Assembly (NCBI GenBank): GCA_963663035.1
Contig: OY760074.1
Coordinates: 1,024,001 to 1,088,000, forward strand
From: Acidobacteriota bacterium
Lineage (GTDB): Bacteria > Acidobacteriota > UBA6911 > RPQK01 > JADFOI01
DNA length: 64,000 nucleotides
Reading direction: 5' to 3'
This document shows positions 28,235-37,696 of this stretch, in pieces (position 1 is the stretch's first letter; every line of letters begins with the position of its first letter). The notes under the pieces are model-generated. The model saw nothing but the letters and a program-made list of their open reading frames with translations, searched no databases and was not told where the DNA came from. Made by a program: the position numbers and the translations under genes.

Positions 28235-29029
28235 TTATAGCATCCGGGCAAGACAGCTATATTGTTCCAGGCTGACTGCTTCGGGGCGGGTTTGTTCCGC
28301 GATATCGCAGGTCTGGAAGGCTGTCCGAATACGGTCAGGGTCATGATCTCTCTTGAGATTGTTCCAGAGGGTCTTTCGGCGCTGCTGGAAAGCGTTCTTG
28401 AGCAAGTCCAGGAAGGCTGCATAATCGGACACAGGGTGGGGAGGCTCCCGGGGGAGCAGCTTCACGACGTGAGAGATGACCTTGGGTTGGGGTACAAAGA
28501 CGCCCGGGGGGATGTCAAAGCCGGCTAGTCGCTGGAAGTGATATTCCATGAGCAAGGTGAAGTATCCGTAGTCCTTGCTCCCCGGAGCGGCCAAGATTCG
28601 TTGAGCTACCTCTTTCTGGATCAAGATGGTGCAGCTTTGAATCCGATCCTTTATTTCGATCATCCTTTGTAGTATCCGGGTCGAGATGTTATAGGGAAGG
28701 TTGCCAATGACTTTGACAGGGTCCTGACCTAAAATGGTATCCCAGTCCAAGGTCAGCACATCCGCCTGGACAAGGGTGAGCCGGCTGTTGCCGGGGCTGT
28801 CCCCCGGCGGCCAGTGATCTTTCAGATACTGCACCATTTCACGGTCGAACTCGACCGCAATGACTTGGCGGGCCATGCTGATGAGGATCTCGGTTAATTG
28901 GCCGGTTCCCGGACCAATTTCAACGACGCTGTCGTGGGGACCGATCTCAGCAAAGCGGGCGATTTTTCGACAGGAGTTGGAATCGGTCAGGAAATGTTGA
29001 CCTAGAGATCGTTTTGCCCGGGGTTTCAT
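28235..29029 (-). CDS. rsmA: 16S rRNA m6,2A1518/1519 dimethyltransferase
   Basis: KRSLGQHFL, EIGPGTG, GNLPYNIS, QKEVAQR, FQQRRKTL. Confidence 0.96.
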   Translation of the reverse strand: MKPRAKRSLGQHFLTDSNSCRKIARFAEIGPHDSVVEIGPGTGQLTEILISMARQVIAVEFDREMVQYLKDHWPPGDSPGNSRLTLVQADVLTLDWDTILGQDPVKVIGNLPYNISTRILQRMIEIKDRIQSCTILIQKEVAQRILAAPGSKDYGYFTLLMEYHFQRLAGFDIPPGVFVPQPKVISHVVKLLPREPPHPVSDYAAFLDLLKNAFQQRRKTLWNNLKRDHDPDRIRTAFQTCDIAEQTRPEAVSLEQYSCLARML

Positions 29030-29102
29030 CTGGACCAAATCTGAGTATGGTAACATAACCCTGTATGGAGGAAGTGGACGTGGAAAATGCCAAGGAGATG
29101 AC

Positions 29103-29441
29103 ATGAGCGAGAACGTACAGTCTGTCACGGATGCGACTTTTGAAGAGGTCGTCTTGAACTCCGACAAACCGGTGCTGGTGGACTTTTGGGCCGCCTGGTG
29201 CGCCCCCTGTCGGATGCTTACACCCATTGTAGATGAGGTTGCTCAGGACTTTTCTGAGACGGCTACAGTTGTGAATTTAAACGTGGATGAGAATTCGGAA
29301 ACCTCTTCCAAATACAACATCAAGGGAATTCCTACCTTGCTGCTTTTCAAAGGTGGCGAAATCAAGGATCAGATTGTGGGCGCCACGTCGAAAGAAAATA
29401 TTGCCAGAATGATCCAAAATCAACTGCAGGAAACCAGCTAG
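29103..29441 (+). CDS. trxA: Thioredoxin
   Basis: VDFWAAWCAPC, IPTLLLFK; AGGAG Shine-Dalgarno. Confidence 0.96.
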   Translation: MSENVQSVTDATFEEVVLNSDKPVLVDFWAAWCAPCRMLTPIVDEVAQDFSETATVVNLNVDENSETSSKYNIKGIPTLLLFKGGEIKDQIVGATSKENIARMIQNQLQETS

Positions 29442-29496
29442 CGAGTAAGAGAGCAAATGATTCAGGTCTGGTCGGTTGCTCCGCTGTTCTCCCATC

Positions 29497-30798
29497 ATGG
29501 CTAATGTAGTGATTGTCGGCACTCAGTGGGGAGATGAGGGTAAAGGAAAGATCGTTCACCTCATCACCGACCGCTTTGACATCGTGGCTCGCTATCAGGG
29601 TGGTCACAATGCGGGTCACACCGTCATGATCGGCGATCAAAAATATATCCTTCACCTGATTCCCTCGGGGATTCTGCATGCCAAGAAGGTGTGTGTCATT
29701 GGGAATGGTGTCGTGATTGATCCTATGGCTCTGGATGAAGAGCTGGAGACGCTCAAGGATTTTCAAGTGGAAGGCCGGCTGTTCATCAGTGCCCGCTCAC
29801 ACCTCATCATGCCCTATCACCGCGCAATGGAGACCGGGGAGGAAACTCGTCTGGGGGAGAAGAAGATCGGCACGACCAGCCGGGGAATTGGCCCTTGTTA
29901 CGAAGATAAGGTTGGCCGCCGGGGAATCCGGGTAGGAGATCTGTCTTACCCGAAAGTTTTCAAGGCCAAGCTGGAGACTAACCTCGCTTTGAAAAATGAG
30001 ATCCTGACTCACGTATACGGAGCTGAACCGCTTGACGCCGGGGAGATTTATTCCTCGTATATGGAGCTGGCCCCCAAACTGTTGGCCTTGATGACCAATA
30101 CGGCCTTATATCTGAATGGGGCCATTCGCTCGGGTAAAAGCGTCCTGTTCGAGGGTGCTCAGGGAACGCTTCTGGACGTGGATCACGGCACCTATCCGTT
30201 TGTGACCTCTTCCAACGCCACCGCAGGAGGTGCCTGTGTTGGTACAGGCGTAGGACCCAGTGAAATCGACGGCATCCTTGGGATTGCCAAAGCCTATACG
30301 ACACGGGTGGGGGCAGGACCCTTTCCCACTGAGTTGACTGACGACACAGGGGAACTCATCCAAAAGAAGGGGAAGGAGATTGGCGCCTCCACCAGCCGGC
30401 CTCGCCGCTGCGGTTGGTTTGATGCGGTGGTGGTGCGGTACGCTTGCCTCATCAACAGCATTGACACCCTGGTGGTGACCAAGTTGGATGTGCTCGATGA
30501 ACTGGAAGAGATCAAAATCTGCAGCGGCTATCAGTACGAAGGGAAGGACCTGGACTATTTTCCCACTCAAATGAGTGTCCTGGAGGAAATTATGCCGATC
30601 TATGAGACTCATCGAGGATGGGAAACTGATACCTCACAGATCCATGATTATCACGCACTTCCCAGACCGGCCAGAGATTATCTGGACCGGATCTCAGAAT
30701 TGATCAAAACCGACATCTCCATCATCTCCATCGGACCGGAGCAGGGAGAGACGATCATTCTGGAAGAGAGCCTGCGCATACCCAAGCTGGCACATTAA
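29497..30798 (+). CDS. purA: Adenylosuccinate synthetase
   Basis: QWGDEGKGK, GGHNAGHT, EGAQG, YTTRVG, RRCGWFD, TKLDVL. Confidence 0.98.
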   Translation: MANVVIVGTQWGDEGKGKIVHLITDRFDIVARYQGGHNAGHTVMIGDQKYILHLIPSGILHAKKVCVIGNGVVIDPMALDEELETLKDFQVEGRLFISARSHLIMPYHRAMETGEETRLGEKKIGTTSRGIGPCYEDKVGRRGIRVGDLSYPKVFKAKLETNLALKNEILTHVYGAEPLDAGEIYSSYMELAPKLLALMTNTALYLNGAIRSGKSVLFEGAQGTLLDVDHGTYPFVTSSNATAGGACVGTGVGPSEIDGILGIAKAYTTRVGAGPFPTELTDDTGELIQKKGKEIGASTSRPRRCGWFDAVVVRYACLINSIDTLVVTKLDVLDELEEIKICSGYQYEGKDLDYFPTQMSVLEEIMPIYETHRGWETDTSQIHDYHALPRPARDYLDRISELIKTDISIISIGPEQGETIILEESLRIPKLAH

Positions 30799-30895
30799 GT
30801 CTCGCCCTGCCGCTCCCTCGCTAACGCGCATCGTATTCTCCTGGCTCCTGCCTCCTGACTCCTGTATTCTCTTGAAACGTGAAAGGAAGTGTGAA

Positions 30896-32167
30896 ATGAG
30901 ACTCTCCAGACTTCTGCCTATCATCACTCTTTTCCTGTTGAACGCATGTCTTGAAACCCAGCCACCACCCGAGCAGGTCGATCTGCTCCTGATCAATGCT
31001 CGCGTGGTTGACGGAACGGGCGAAGTCTACGATGGAGCGACCATTGCCATCAGCGGCGAACGGATCGAGAGTATCGTGCGGGCCCCTGGCCCATTTGAAA
31101 GCGCCATTCAGATCGACCTCCAGGGAAAAACCGTCCTGCCGGGTCTGATCAATACCCATATCCATATCGGAACTTTGGGGAGGTTCGAAGACCAGGAAAC
31201 TCTGGACCAATATCTCTCCAACGACTTACCGGCCGACCTGGAAGAGTACCTGGCTCACGGCATCACCTCCGTCAAGTCCACCGGCGATATCCCGGAGGCC
31301 TTTATTCCGGTAAGAGAGCGGATTGAACGGGGTGATCTTCGGGGTCCCCGAGTGTTTCTGGCCGGCCCCGTACTCTCAGCCCCTGGAGGACACCCCGGTG
31401 CCAGCCTCTATCCCGACAATGCCTGGCTGCGGGAACTTGCCTCTAGAGAACTGACCACCGAAGAGGAGGCGCGTACAGAGGTCCGCCAGTTGGCCGAAAT
31501 GGGCGTGGATGCCATCAAGTTTGTCTATCACGGCAGTTCGGATGATGCCAAGCCCTATATGCTGGCGCCCGGCCTGCCCATCCGAAAGATCACCTCCCAG
31601 GTGATGGAAGCCATCATTGCTGAGGCTCATCAGCTTGGACTTCCCGTCACTGCCCATACGGCGGAACTGGAGGATGCAGTCGCGGTCCTGGAGGCCGGGT
31701 GTGACGGCCTGGAACATGGGGTGACGCGCTCACTCATTGAGGGTGAGGCATTGGGAGCTCTACTGCTGGAAAAGGGTGCCTTCTATGGACCGACTCTCTC
31801 CGGTTATATCAGCCGGAATCCCGTCATGGCAGACACGCTTTTGCCCAACGTCAAGCAGCTTGCCGAGCAGGGGGTCCGCATGGTTCTGGGGACCGACGGA
31901 GGCCCCGGCCGCGGGGGATCGGGAGTCGATACTCTCAAGGAACTGGAACTGATGGTTCAGGCGGGATTGACTCCCCAGCAGGCGATCCAGGCGGGAACTC
32001 GGAATGCGGCTCAGCTCCTGGGCAAACTGGACGATCTGGGAACCCTGGAAGCCGGCAAGTTGGCCGATCTGATTGTTGTCGATGGAGATCCTTTGGCGGA
32101 TATCTCCGTCATCCACAATATTGAACTGGTCATCAAAAATGGAAGCATTGTGGTGGATAATCGGTGA
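30896..32167 (+). CDS. Amidohydrolase family lipoprotein
   Basis: LNAC lipobox, PGLINTHIH, AIKF, TAH, LEHG, GTD, GKLADLIVV. Confidence 0.88.
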   Translation: MRLSRLLPIITLFLLNACLETQPPPEQVDLLLINARVVDGTGEVYDGATIAISGERIESIVRAPGPFESAIQIDLQGKTVLPGLINTHIHIGTLGRFEDQETLDQYLSNDLPADLEEYLAHGITSVKSTGDIPEAFIPVRERIERGDLRGPRVFLAGPVLSAPGGHPGASLYPDNAWLRELASRELTTEEEARTEVRQLAEMGVDAIKFVYHGSSDDAKPYMLAPGLPIRKITSQVMEAIIAEAHQLGLPVTAHTAELEDAVAVLEAGCDGLEHGVTRSLIEGEALGALLLEKGAFYGPTLSGYISRNPVMADTLLPNVKQLAEQGVRMVLGTDGGPGRGGSGVDTLKELELMVQAGLTPQQAIQAGTRNAAQLLGKLDDLGTLEAGKLADLIVVDGDPLADISVIHNIELVIKNGSIVVDNR

Positions 32168-32341
32168 GCCCGGCCGCTGGTCCTTGGCCAGCACGTTTCA
32201 CGTTTCAAGGCGGGCGTCCAATACTCAACTTCCATCGGACAACTGAGATATACTTACACACTCTTGGAAAAGCGGAGAGGGAAGCCATTGGGGTAATCCA
32301 GGACACCACCTCTTCGTTAATCCATTAGAAATCAACAATAT

Positions 32342-32414
32342 GGGCCGTTAGCTCAGGCGGTAGAGCATCTGCCTTTTAAGCAGAGGGTCGCTGGTTCGAG
32401 TCCAGCACGGCTCA
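32342..32414 (+). tRNA. tRNA-Lys(UUU)
   Basis: Acceptor GGGCCGT/ACGGCTC, anticodon arm TCTGC-CTTTTAA-GCAGA, GGTTCGAGTCC T-arm; CCA not encoded. Confidence 0.96.
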
Positions 32415-32522
32415 TTTCCCTAACTCCCTATTTATCAGTTGATTAGCAAACTGCACTCAGAGGCCATCAAGGCGTCGTTTTTGGCCAGGCTGAGGTCTCC
32501 TGTGCAAGGGAAGAATTTCTGA

Positions 32523-33362
32523 TTATCGAGGATGAGGCTGCTTTGCTGTTTCAAGCTGTAAGCCAAGAGTGTAGAACTTTCTGGCCCTGGAGGAGCCGGA
32601 CAAACGGGCTCGGTAGCGCCCTTGTTCCTCCAACAGAATCGCATACAGGGAGCTCACTTCAGGGTCGGACAGTAGTAGTTCTACAATACGCTCCGGATGC
32701 ACAAAGGCTTCTGGAGGGTCAGCATGGTGAGTCAGTTTTCTCTGCCACTCGATCATTTCGATGACCTGATCCCCCGAGAAGTAAAGAGGGTAATAGGTAT
32801 CGGAGATTAAGACTCGGCCTCGAGGCTCGAGCAGGCTACCCAGGCGCCTGAAAAAGTCAGGGAAAAACTCGTCAGGCCCGCTCCCGGAATGGAGATGGAT
32901 TTCGTGGAGTACGCCATGAAGGACGATCAGGTGGTAGCGCTCTTCTTTTCCCAAGAAGGTGAAGAAATCTTCCTGTGTGAACCTCCAGGATATCTTTCGG
33001 TCATCGCTTAGGGACTCAAAATGTCCCTCTGGGGCGGCCTGACAGTCGGCCACGAGAGTAGACTTCTCCAGACAAGCGGGTTCGATGTGACCCAGCGGTT
33101 CGGGGTCTACAAAGTGGACCTGGATCGCCTGTGGGCAAGTGCTCTCCCTTTGGGTTTCCTCAAGACCTCGAAGCAGGACCGATTTGGCGCCTGCGCCCAC
33201 TTCAAGCAGCTCCAGCCGATCCTCGGCTTCCTGGTAGGACTGAAGCAGGAACTGCTTGAGCAGCTCATTGAAGTGGTCGTAGTGACCACGCCAAAGTTCC
33301 TGTAAATTGCTGTAGGTGTCGGGCAGTTCGTAGCCGCGACGGTCGGTGGTTTCAGAACTCAT
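32523..33362 (-). CDS. Class I SAM-dependent methyltransferase-like protein
   Basis: LLEVGAG motif I, YHLIVLHGVLHEI, LEPRGRVLISD. Confidence 0.65.
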   Translation of the reverse strand: MSSETTDRRGYELPDTYSNLQELWRGHYDHFNELLKQFLLQSYQEAEDRLELLEVGAGAKSVLLRGLEETQRESTCPQAIQVHFVDPEPLGHIEPACLEKSTLVADCQAAPEGHFESLSDDRKISWRFTQEDFFTFLGKEERYHLIVLHGVLHEIHLHSGSGPDEFFPDFFRRLGSLLEPRGRVLISDTYYPLYFSGDQVIEMIEWQRKLTHHADPPEAFVHPERIVELLLSDPEVSSLYAILLEEQGRYRARLSGSSRARKFYTLGLQLETAKQPHPR

Positions 33363-33386
33363 GAGACTTCTTTCCCAACCTTCATC

Positions 33387-34619
33387 TTAGTTCGTCGGCA
33401 CCAGGCGTTTGAGTTCTTCAAACCAGTTCAGGACGACGTTGATTTGGCTTTGCTGGGAACCCTCTTCACCTTTGAGCATCACAAACCGCTGACCGTCCGG
33501 AGAGACGTCGTAATTCACCGACCCTCCAGCAAGGGTAGTGCCGTTGAGGTAGGGTCCCTCGAATAACAACGTGGGTGTTTGCGCCTGGAATGATGGTCCC
33601 GTCTGAACGGAAGCAGCCATGACCCTGTCTTCGTTGCGATAGAAGAGCTCTTTGCCATCATGCGCCCATACTGGCTCAATTCCTCCATCCGTGGATACCT
33701 GTATACTCCCGTCCTCACCAGAAAAGGATTTGACATAGATTTCATCAGATCCGGACGGATCAGAGCTAAAAGCAATCCATCGACCATCCGGCGAGAATGC
33801 GGGGAGTACCTCATCAAACTGAGTTCCAAGGAATAACTGTGATTGCCTTTCGCCGGCGATTGGGAGCAGCCAAATGTCATCTTTGTTGGCAACGGAAAAG
33901 GATTGCACGAATGCCAACACTTGACCGTCCGGGGACCATGAGCCGGGAGTCTGAGGATTCTTGCCGACTGTTAGCTCCTCAACCTCACCACTCCCATCGG
34001 TAGGCATCCAGGAGATGTTCCATTCATCATTTCGATTTGAACTGAACGCGACCCGCTTGCCATCTGGCGTCCAGATAGCGCTTTTGCTTTGGCCTTCAGA
34101 GGTCAGTGGAGTCAATATTCCACGAGCAGTTTCGTAGATCCAGATGTTACTGTCCTCACCCCCCCCAACTGTAACGGACACACGGCCACCGTCAGGCGAA
34201 AAACGCGGTTCTTGGAAGTTGCGTTGAATCTCGTATAGGGCCTCTGTTGTTCCCCGACGATCCACCCAGACGAGCTGGGTCTGCTTTTCTGTCTCACTGG
34301 AGACATAAATGAGCGTTCCGTTACGTGAAAGGCTGAAATCTATGCCACCGCCCCGTGACCCTCGGACCCCTTCAAGAAGAGTAATCGGATCGCCGGTGAC
34401 TTCGAGGGCCTCAAGATCAAAGGGCGCTGCCATGAGGTTTTCCGTCTTCGCATAAACCAGGTGTCCTGTGGGCAAATAGTGAGCCTGTCTACCTTCGTCC
34501 AATACGATTTTCTGCTCACCCGTCTCCAGAGACAGCACCGCCGTCTGATAGTCTTCCCCCTGGCCTCCAGCTCCCAGCTTTTCGATGATTTTGTAATGGC
34601 TGATGGTTTTGCCGACCAT
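33387..34619 (-). CDS. Kinase-derived PD40/TolB-like beta-propeller protein lacking the kinase domain (in-frame deletion; possibly a pseudogene)
   Basis: 22-aa kinase start MVGKTISHYKIIEKLGAGGQGE joined directly to FSPDG/WSPDG repeats and the typical tail INVVLNWFEELKRLVP. Confidence 0.8.
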   Translation of the reverse strand: MVGKTISHYKIIEKLGAGGQGEDYQTAVLSLETGEQKIVLDEGRQAHYLPTGHLVYAKTENLMAAPFDLEALEVTGDPITLLEGVRGSRGGGIDFSLSRNGTLIYVSSETEKQTQLVWVDRRGTTEALYEIQRNFQEPRFSPDGGRVSVTVGGGEDSNIWIYETARGILTPLTSEGQSKSAIWTPDGKRVAFSSNRNDEWNISWMPTDGSGEVEELTVGKNPQTPGSWSPDGQVLAFVQSFSVANKDDIWLLPIAGERQSQLFLGTQFDEVLPAFSPDGRWIAFSSDPSGSDEIYVKSFSGEDGSIQVSTDGGIEPVWAHDGKELFYRNEDRVMAASVQTGPSFQAQTPTLLFEGPYLNGTTLAGGSVNYDVSPDGQRFVMLKGEEGSQQSQINVVLNWFEELKRLVPTN

Positions 34620-34654
34620 TGAAGTCTCCCTCGCTGTGGGTGTGATTCTTGTAG

Positions 34655-34683
34655 ATATTAGAACGTTAGGGGGTTGAAGGCAA
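34655..34683 (-). promoter_or_regulatory. TTGCCT-17-TAATAT promoter
   Basis: Same architecture at 40097-40125, 47335-47363 and 48227-48255. Confidence 0.6.
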
Positions 34684-34775
34684 TGGGGAAGAGTTTAGTG
34701 GGTTGCAGCGGGCAGTAAGTGGACCAACTGTTTGGCTCTATGGCAAGGACAAGCGGGGGGCCGATCTCCCTGAAT

Positions 34776-35222
34776 TCACTGTCTTAGCAGCCGATCGGTG
34801 GCGGTAGCTGGACGGTCTTCTTCGGTGTATTGGATGACGCGGGACGACTCCCGAGCGTAGAAGCTGCGAGTCCCAGTAGAACCATAAGCAAGGGGTCTGG
34901 CAGTGATTGTGTAGCTGCTGTTTCTGTTCCTGAGTGTGACGACAAACGAATAACCATTCTTTTCGCCTGAGGCCAGAACACTGTCCACCAATCCTGTGTC
35001 TTCCAACTCAGTCAGAGTTGCATAGATCCCCTCGCCTACGGTGTCGGAGTAAATCCCCTGAGCAGCCACAATATTACGTAGGGAAGTGATGGCGGAGGCT
35101 TCATTGAGAGCTTCCGGAGGCGATGGGGCACAGCTGAGCAGCATGGACGCCAGAGTGGTCATGCTCATGGCCCATAGCCAGTAATGGTCAGCTGTGGGCT
35201 TTTGCAAAGCTTGCTCAGGCAT
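34776..35222 (-). CDS. Pilin-like protein without a prepilin N-terminus (possible lipoprotein)
   Basis: NEASAITSLRNIVAAQGIY...GEKNGYSF...ARPLAYGSTGTRSFY; LLSC lipobox-like motif. Confidence 0.6.
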   Translation of the reverse strand: MPEQALQKPTADHYWLWAMSMTTLASMLLSCAPSPPEALNEASAITSLRNIVAAQGIYSDTVGEGIYATLTELEDTGLVDSVLASGEKNGYSFVVTLRNRNSSYTITARPLAYGSTGTRSFYARESSRVIQYTEEDRPATATDRLLRQ

Positions 35223-35290
35223 CGTCTCCGGTATTTGTGGTGAGCTGAAGGTATACTATATTAAATCCGCAAAAATGACAGGAGCAACAA

Positions 35291-35848
35291 ATGAGTGATG
35301 TAAAGAGGTTCCTGGTGTGCCTTCTCCTTGTGACCTTCCTGGTCATTCCTCAGGTGAGCGTGGTCTTGGCCCAGGATGATGAAGACGCACCAGAGCGTCA
35401 AAGAAGAGGCTTGGTCGCTTCGCTGAACGGTTTTCAGGAAGTTCCGGCTGTTGTGAGCAGTGGACGGGGAAGCTTCCGGGCCCGGATCAGGTCGGATCGG
35501 ACCGAGATTCATTACCGCCTGCGCTATGGACGCCTGGAGGGTGAAATCACTCAGGCTCACATCCACATCGGCCAGCGCGGTGTCAACGGAGGAATAGCGG
35601 TCGTGCTGTGCACCAACGTGGCCGTATCCCCGGCTCAAGCGTGCCCAATCGGGGAAGGAGACATCTCCGGTACCATTTTGGCTGCCGATATCCTCGCCAT
35701 TCCTGACCAGAGTGTGGAAGCTGGAGATCTGGTTGACTTGATACGAGCCCTGCGAGCCGGTGCAGCTTACGTCAATATCCATTCCATTCCTTTCCCTGAT
35801 GGTGAGATTCGCGGCCAGATCCGCTGGCAGACACTATCAGATCGCTAG
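35291..35848 (+). CDS. Secreted CHRD-domain protein
   Basis: LNGFQEVP, ITQAHIH, AYVNIHS..FPDGEIRGQI. Confidence 0.9.
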   Translation: MSDVKRFLVCLLLVTFLVIPQVSVVLAQDDEDAPERQRRGLVASLNGFQEVPAVVSSGRGSFRARIRSDRTEIHYRLRYGRLEGEITQAHIHIGQRGVNGGIAVVLCTNVAVSPAQACPIGEGDISGTILAADILAIPDQSVEAGDLVDLIRALRAGAAYVNIHSIPFPDGEIRGQIRWQTLSDR

Positions 35849-35883
35849 GCATGGATCAGCCATCCAGCTGAGAGAGAGGCGAG

Positions 35884-36884
35884 TTAATCCGGACGGGCCA
35901 GGAAGCCCGAAAGGTCGTGATAGCTCACCGCACCGTGGGCGAAGTAGTGGCAAACAACCGACTTTCTGGAGAGCCCTCGGGCCTTGCGCGGCGTACCGCC
36001 GTGGAGGAGATTGGCGTGCCAGATGAGCATGTCTCCCTTCTTGGGAGTGAAGACCACCCTTTCCAGACCTTCCTCTTTGATCAACTCCTGCATGAAGGGC
36101 TCGTACCTTTGGCTGTAAGCGGCGGCGTGATTAGGAGGCACTCACGGGGCGAAATGCCGACGTCGTTCGATAGGTAGTAGGGCAGCTTGTGGCTACCCGG
36201 GTAGTAGACAAGTGGTCCTGACTCTGGACTGACATCCTCCATTGCCGTCCAGGTTGCCGCCAGGTAGCCTTCCGGGTAGGTCGTCATGTGCACCGAGTCG
36301 GAGTGATCCTGCTGCTCGCTGCCCTTGAAGAAGAGGAGCGTCTGAAAAGGACGGATCTCCCGTCCCAGGAGAAGCTTCAGAACATCCACGGTGGGCGAAT
36401 GCCGGAGCACCTCCTTGACCTCCGGCACTCGGGAGTGAAGGTCCTGGAAGCGCTCTTCGTAGTCTCCCTCGGTCATCGAGTCCAGCGTCACGGGCAGGCC
36501 ACCGCTGCGAACGGCCCTCTCGACAGCTTTCCAGGTGCTGTCCAGAAAGTCCGGATCGTGGAAGCGCTCGAGGATCAGATAACCGTTTTTGCTATAAAAC
36601 CGGCACTGCTCGGCCTGTTCTTCCGATAGGTCACCTCGAGCAAGCTTCTTGTCAATACTCTGATCGGCGTCCGGCCGGTCGAGCCACGGAACGGGCCCCC
36701 CGCTGGGAAAGTATTCGCGGCGGTACAGCTTCATCCTGCGCAGGTCGACGGGCTTCTCAGCAAAGAACGTCGACTGGTCGTAGGTCTTCAGGAATTTGCG
36801 CGCTTTCAAGGACCGGTGCGCCAGAATCACAGCGCTAGGAAGCCTTTTTCTCAGGGCGGTAAGAGTAGAGCTGGACAGCTGCAT
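35884..36884 (-). pseudogene. Phytanoyl-CoA dioxygenase (PhyH) family, frameshifted near 36135
   Basis: Upstream frame has HSDSVHMTT and LVYYPGSHK; downstream frame has KGDMLIWHANLLHGG...SRKSVVCHY. Confidence 0.8.
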
Positions 36885-36966
36885 ATCAGCTCCCGGTTGA
36901 GGGACTTGGTTGGAATCGAACTCCTCCGGTCATGAGCCGGCTTTACCCGATCCTCGAAGAGGGCAG

Positions 36967-37530
36967 TTAACGCGAGAGCCTGCGGATCGTTCTTGGGAGT
37001 AGGCCTTCCAGTCTGGCTTTCCTTTGGAGATCCAGGAGGGATTTCCTGGCGGTTTCAAGGTCTTTCCGATTGCTTTCAAACATCTGCGGGACATCCTGTA
37101 CCTGTTGGGACCACTCTCGTTCCAGTGTCGTACCTGCTTCATAGGGATTCACGCGTACTACACCACTGTTCAACTCGGTCATTCTTTGCTCGAGTACCCG
37201 GTCTCGACTGACGGCAGCCTGCAGGGTCCGAGTAGCCTCATTGAACAGGGCCTCCCACTCGGCCAGCTCCCGTTCGCTATTTTCAGATCCGGGAGACGCC
37301 CCTTCGGCATTCTCTCCTTCTGTCCCAGCAGATGAAGGTGCTGTGCTGTCACTCACCGTACCCCGGATGTTCTTCAGATTGGCATTGGTAATAATCTGAG
37401 CTGGCTGTTCCAGGCCGGCCCTGCGCTCACGCTCTCGGCGAGCAATCTCGGCCAGAGAAGGTGCTTCGGCGTCCTGGGCAAGGCTCCATGCAGGAGTCAA
37501 CAGTAAGAGTAGAAGAAATAAAACAATCAT
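36967..37530 (-). CDS. Secreted coiled-coil hypothetical protein
   Basis: Signal peptide, SLAEIARRERERR...ITNANL motif, helical C-terminus. Confidence 0.7.
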   Translation of the reverse strand: MIVLFLLLLLLTPAWSLAQDAEAPSLAEIARRERERRAGLEQPAQIITNANLKNIRGTVSDSTAPSSAGTEGENAEGASPGSENSERELAEWEALFNEATRTLQAAVSRDRVLEQRMTELNSGVVRVNPYEAGTTLEREWSQQVQDVPQMFESNRKDLETARKSLLDLQRKARLEGLLPRTIRRLSR

Positions 37531-37575
37531 GGCTATTTCCTGCGCATTATAGAGCTATCCTGAGGTACTGTCTAT

Positions 37576-37653
37576 GGGGAAATGTGGGGACAGACTACCC
37601 GTTCACCTCATTTTGAAATGAGGTGAACGGGTAGTCTGTCCCCACATTTCCCC
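37576..37653. repeat. Perfect palindrome with 38-bp arms (family E, GGGGACAGAC/GTCTGTCCCC)
   Basis: GGGGAAATGTGGGGACAGACTACCCGTTCACCTCATTT-TG-exact reverse complement. Confidence 0.95.
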
Positions 37654-37680
37654 CCGTGGGCTAAAGCCCACGGCTCTGAC
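37654..37680. repeat. Family B single hairpin
   Basis: CCGTGGGCTAAAGCCCACGGCTCTGAC. Confidence 0.85.
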
Positions 37681-37696
37681 TGTTTTCGTAAGCTGG

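Noticed and set aside
28235-29227. Extended N-termini in the ORF track (rsmA, amidohydrolase to 47569, tannase from 48162, DASS from 53350, 62032)
   Set aside because: The extensions overlap divergent genes or repeats; downstream starts fit the family N-termini, promoters or Shine-Dalgarno sites better.
32415-32520. Prophage or integrative element at tRNA-Lys or tRNA-Glu
   Set aside because: No integrase, phage structural genes or duplicated tRNA 3' end was seen. S74-domain proteins and SRAP also occur outside phages.
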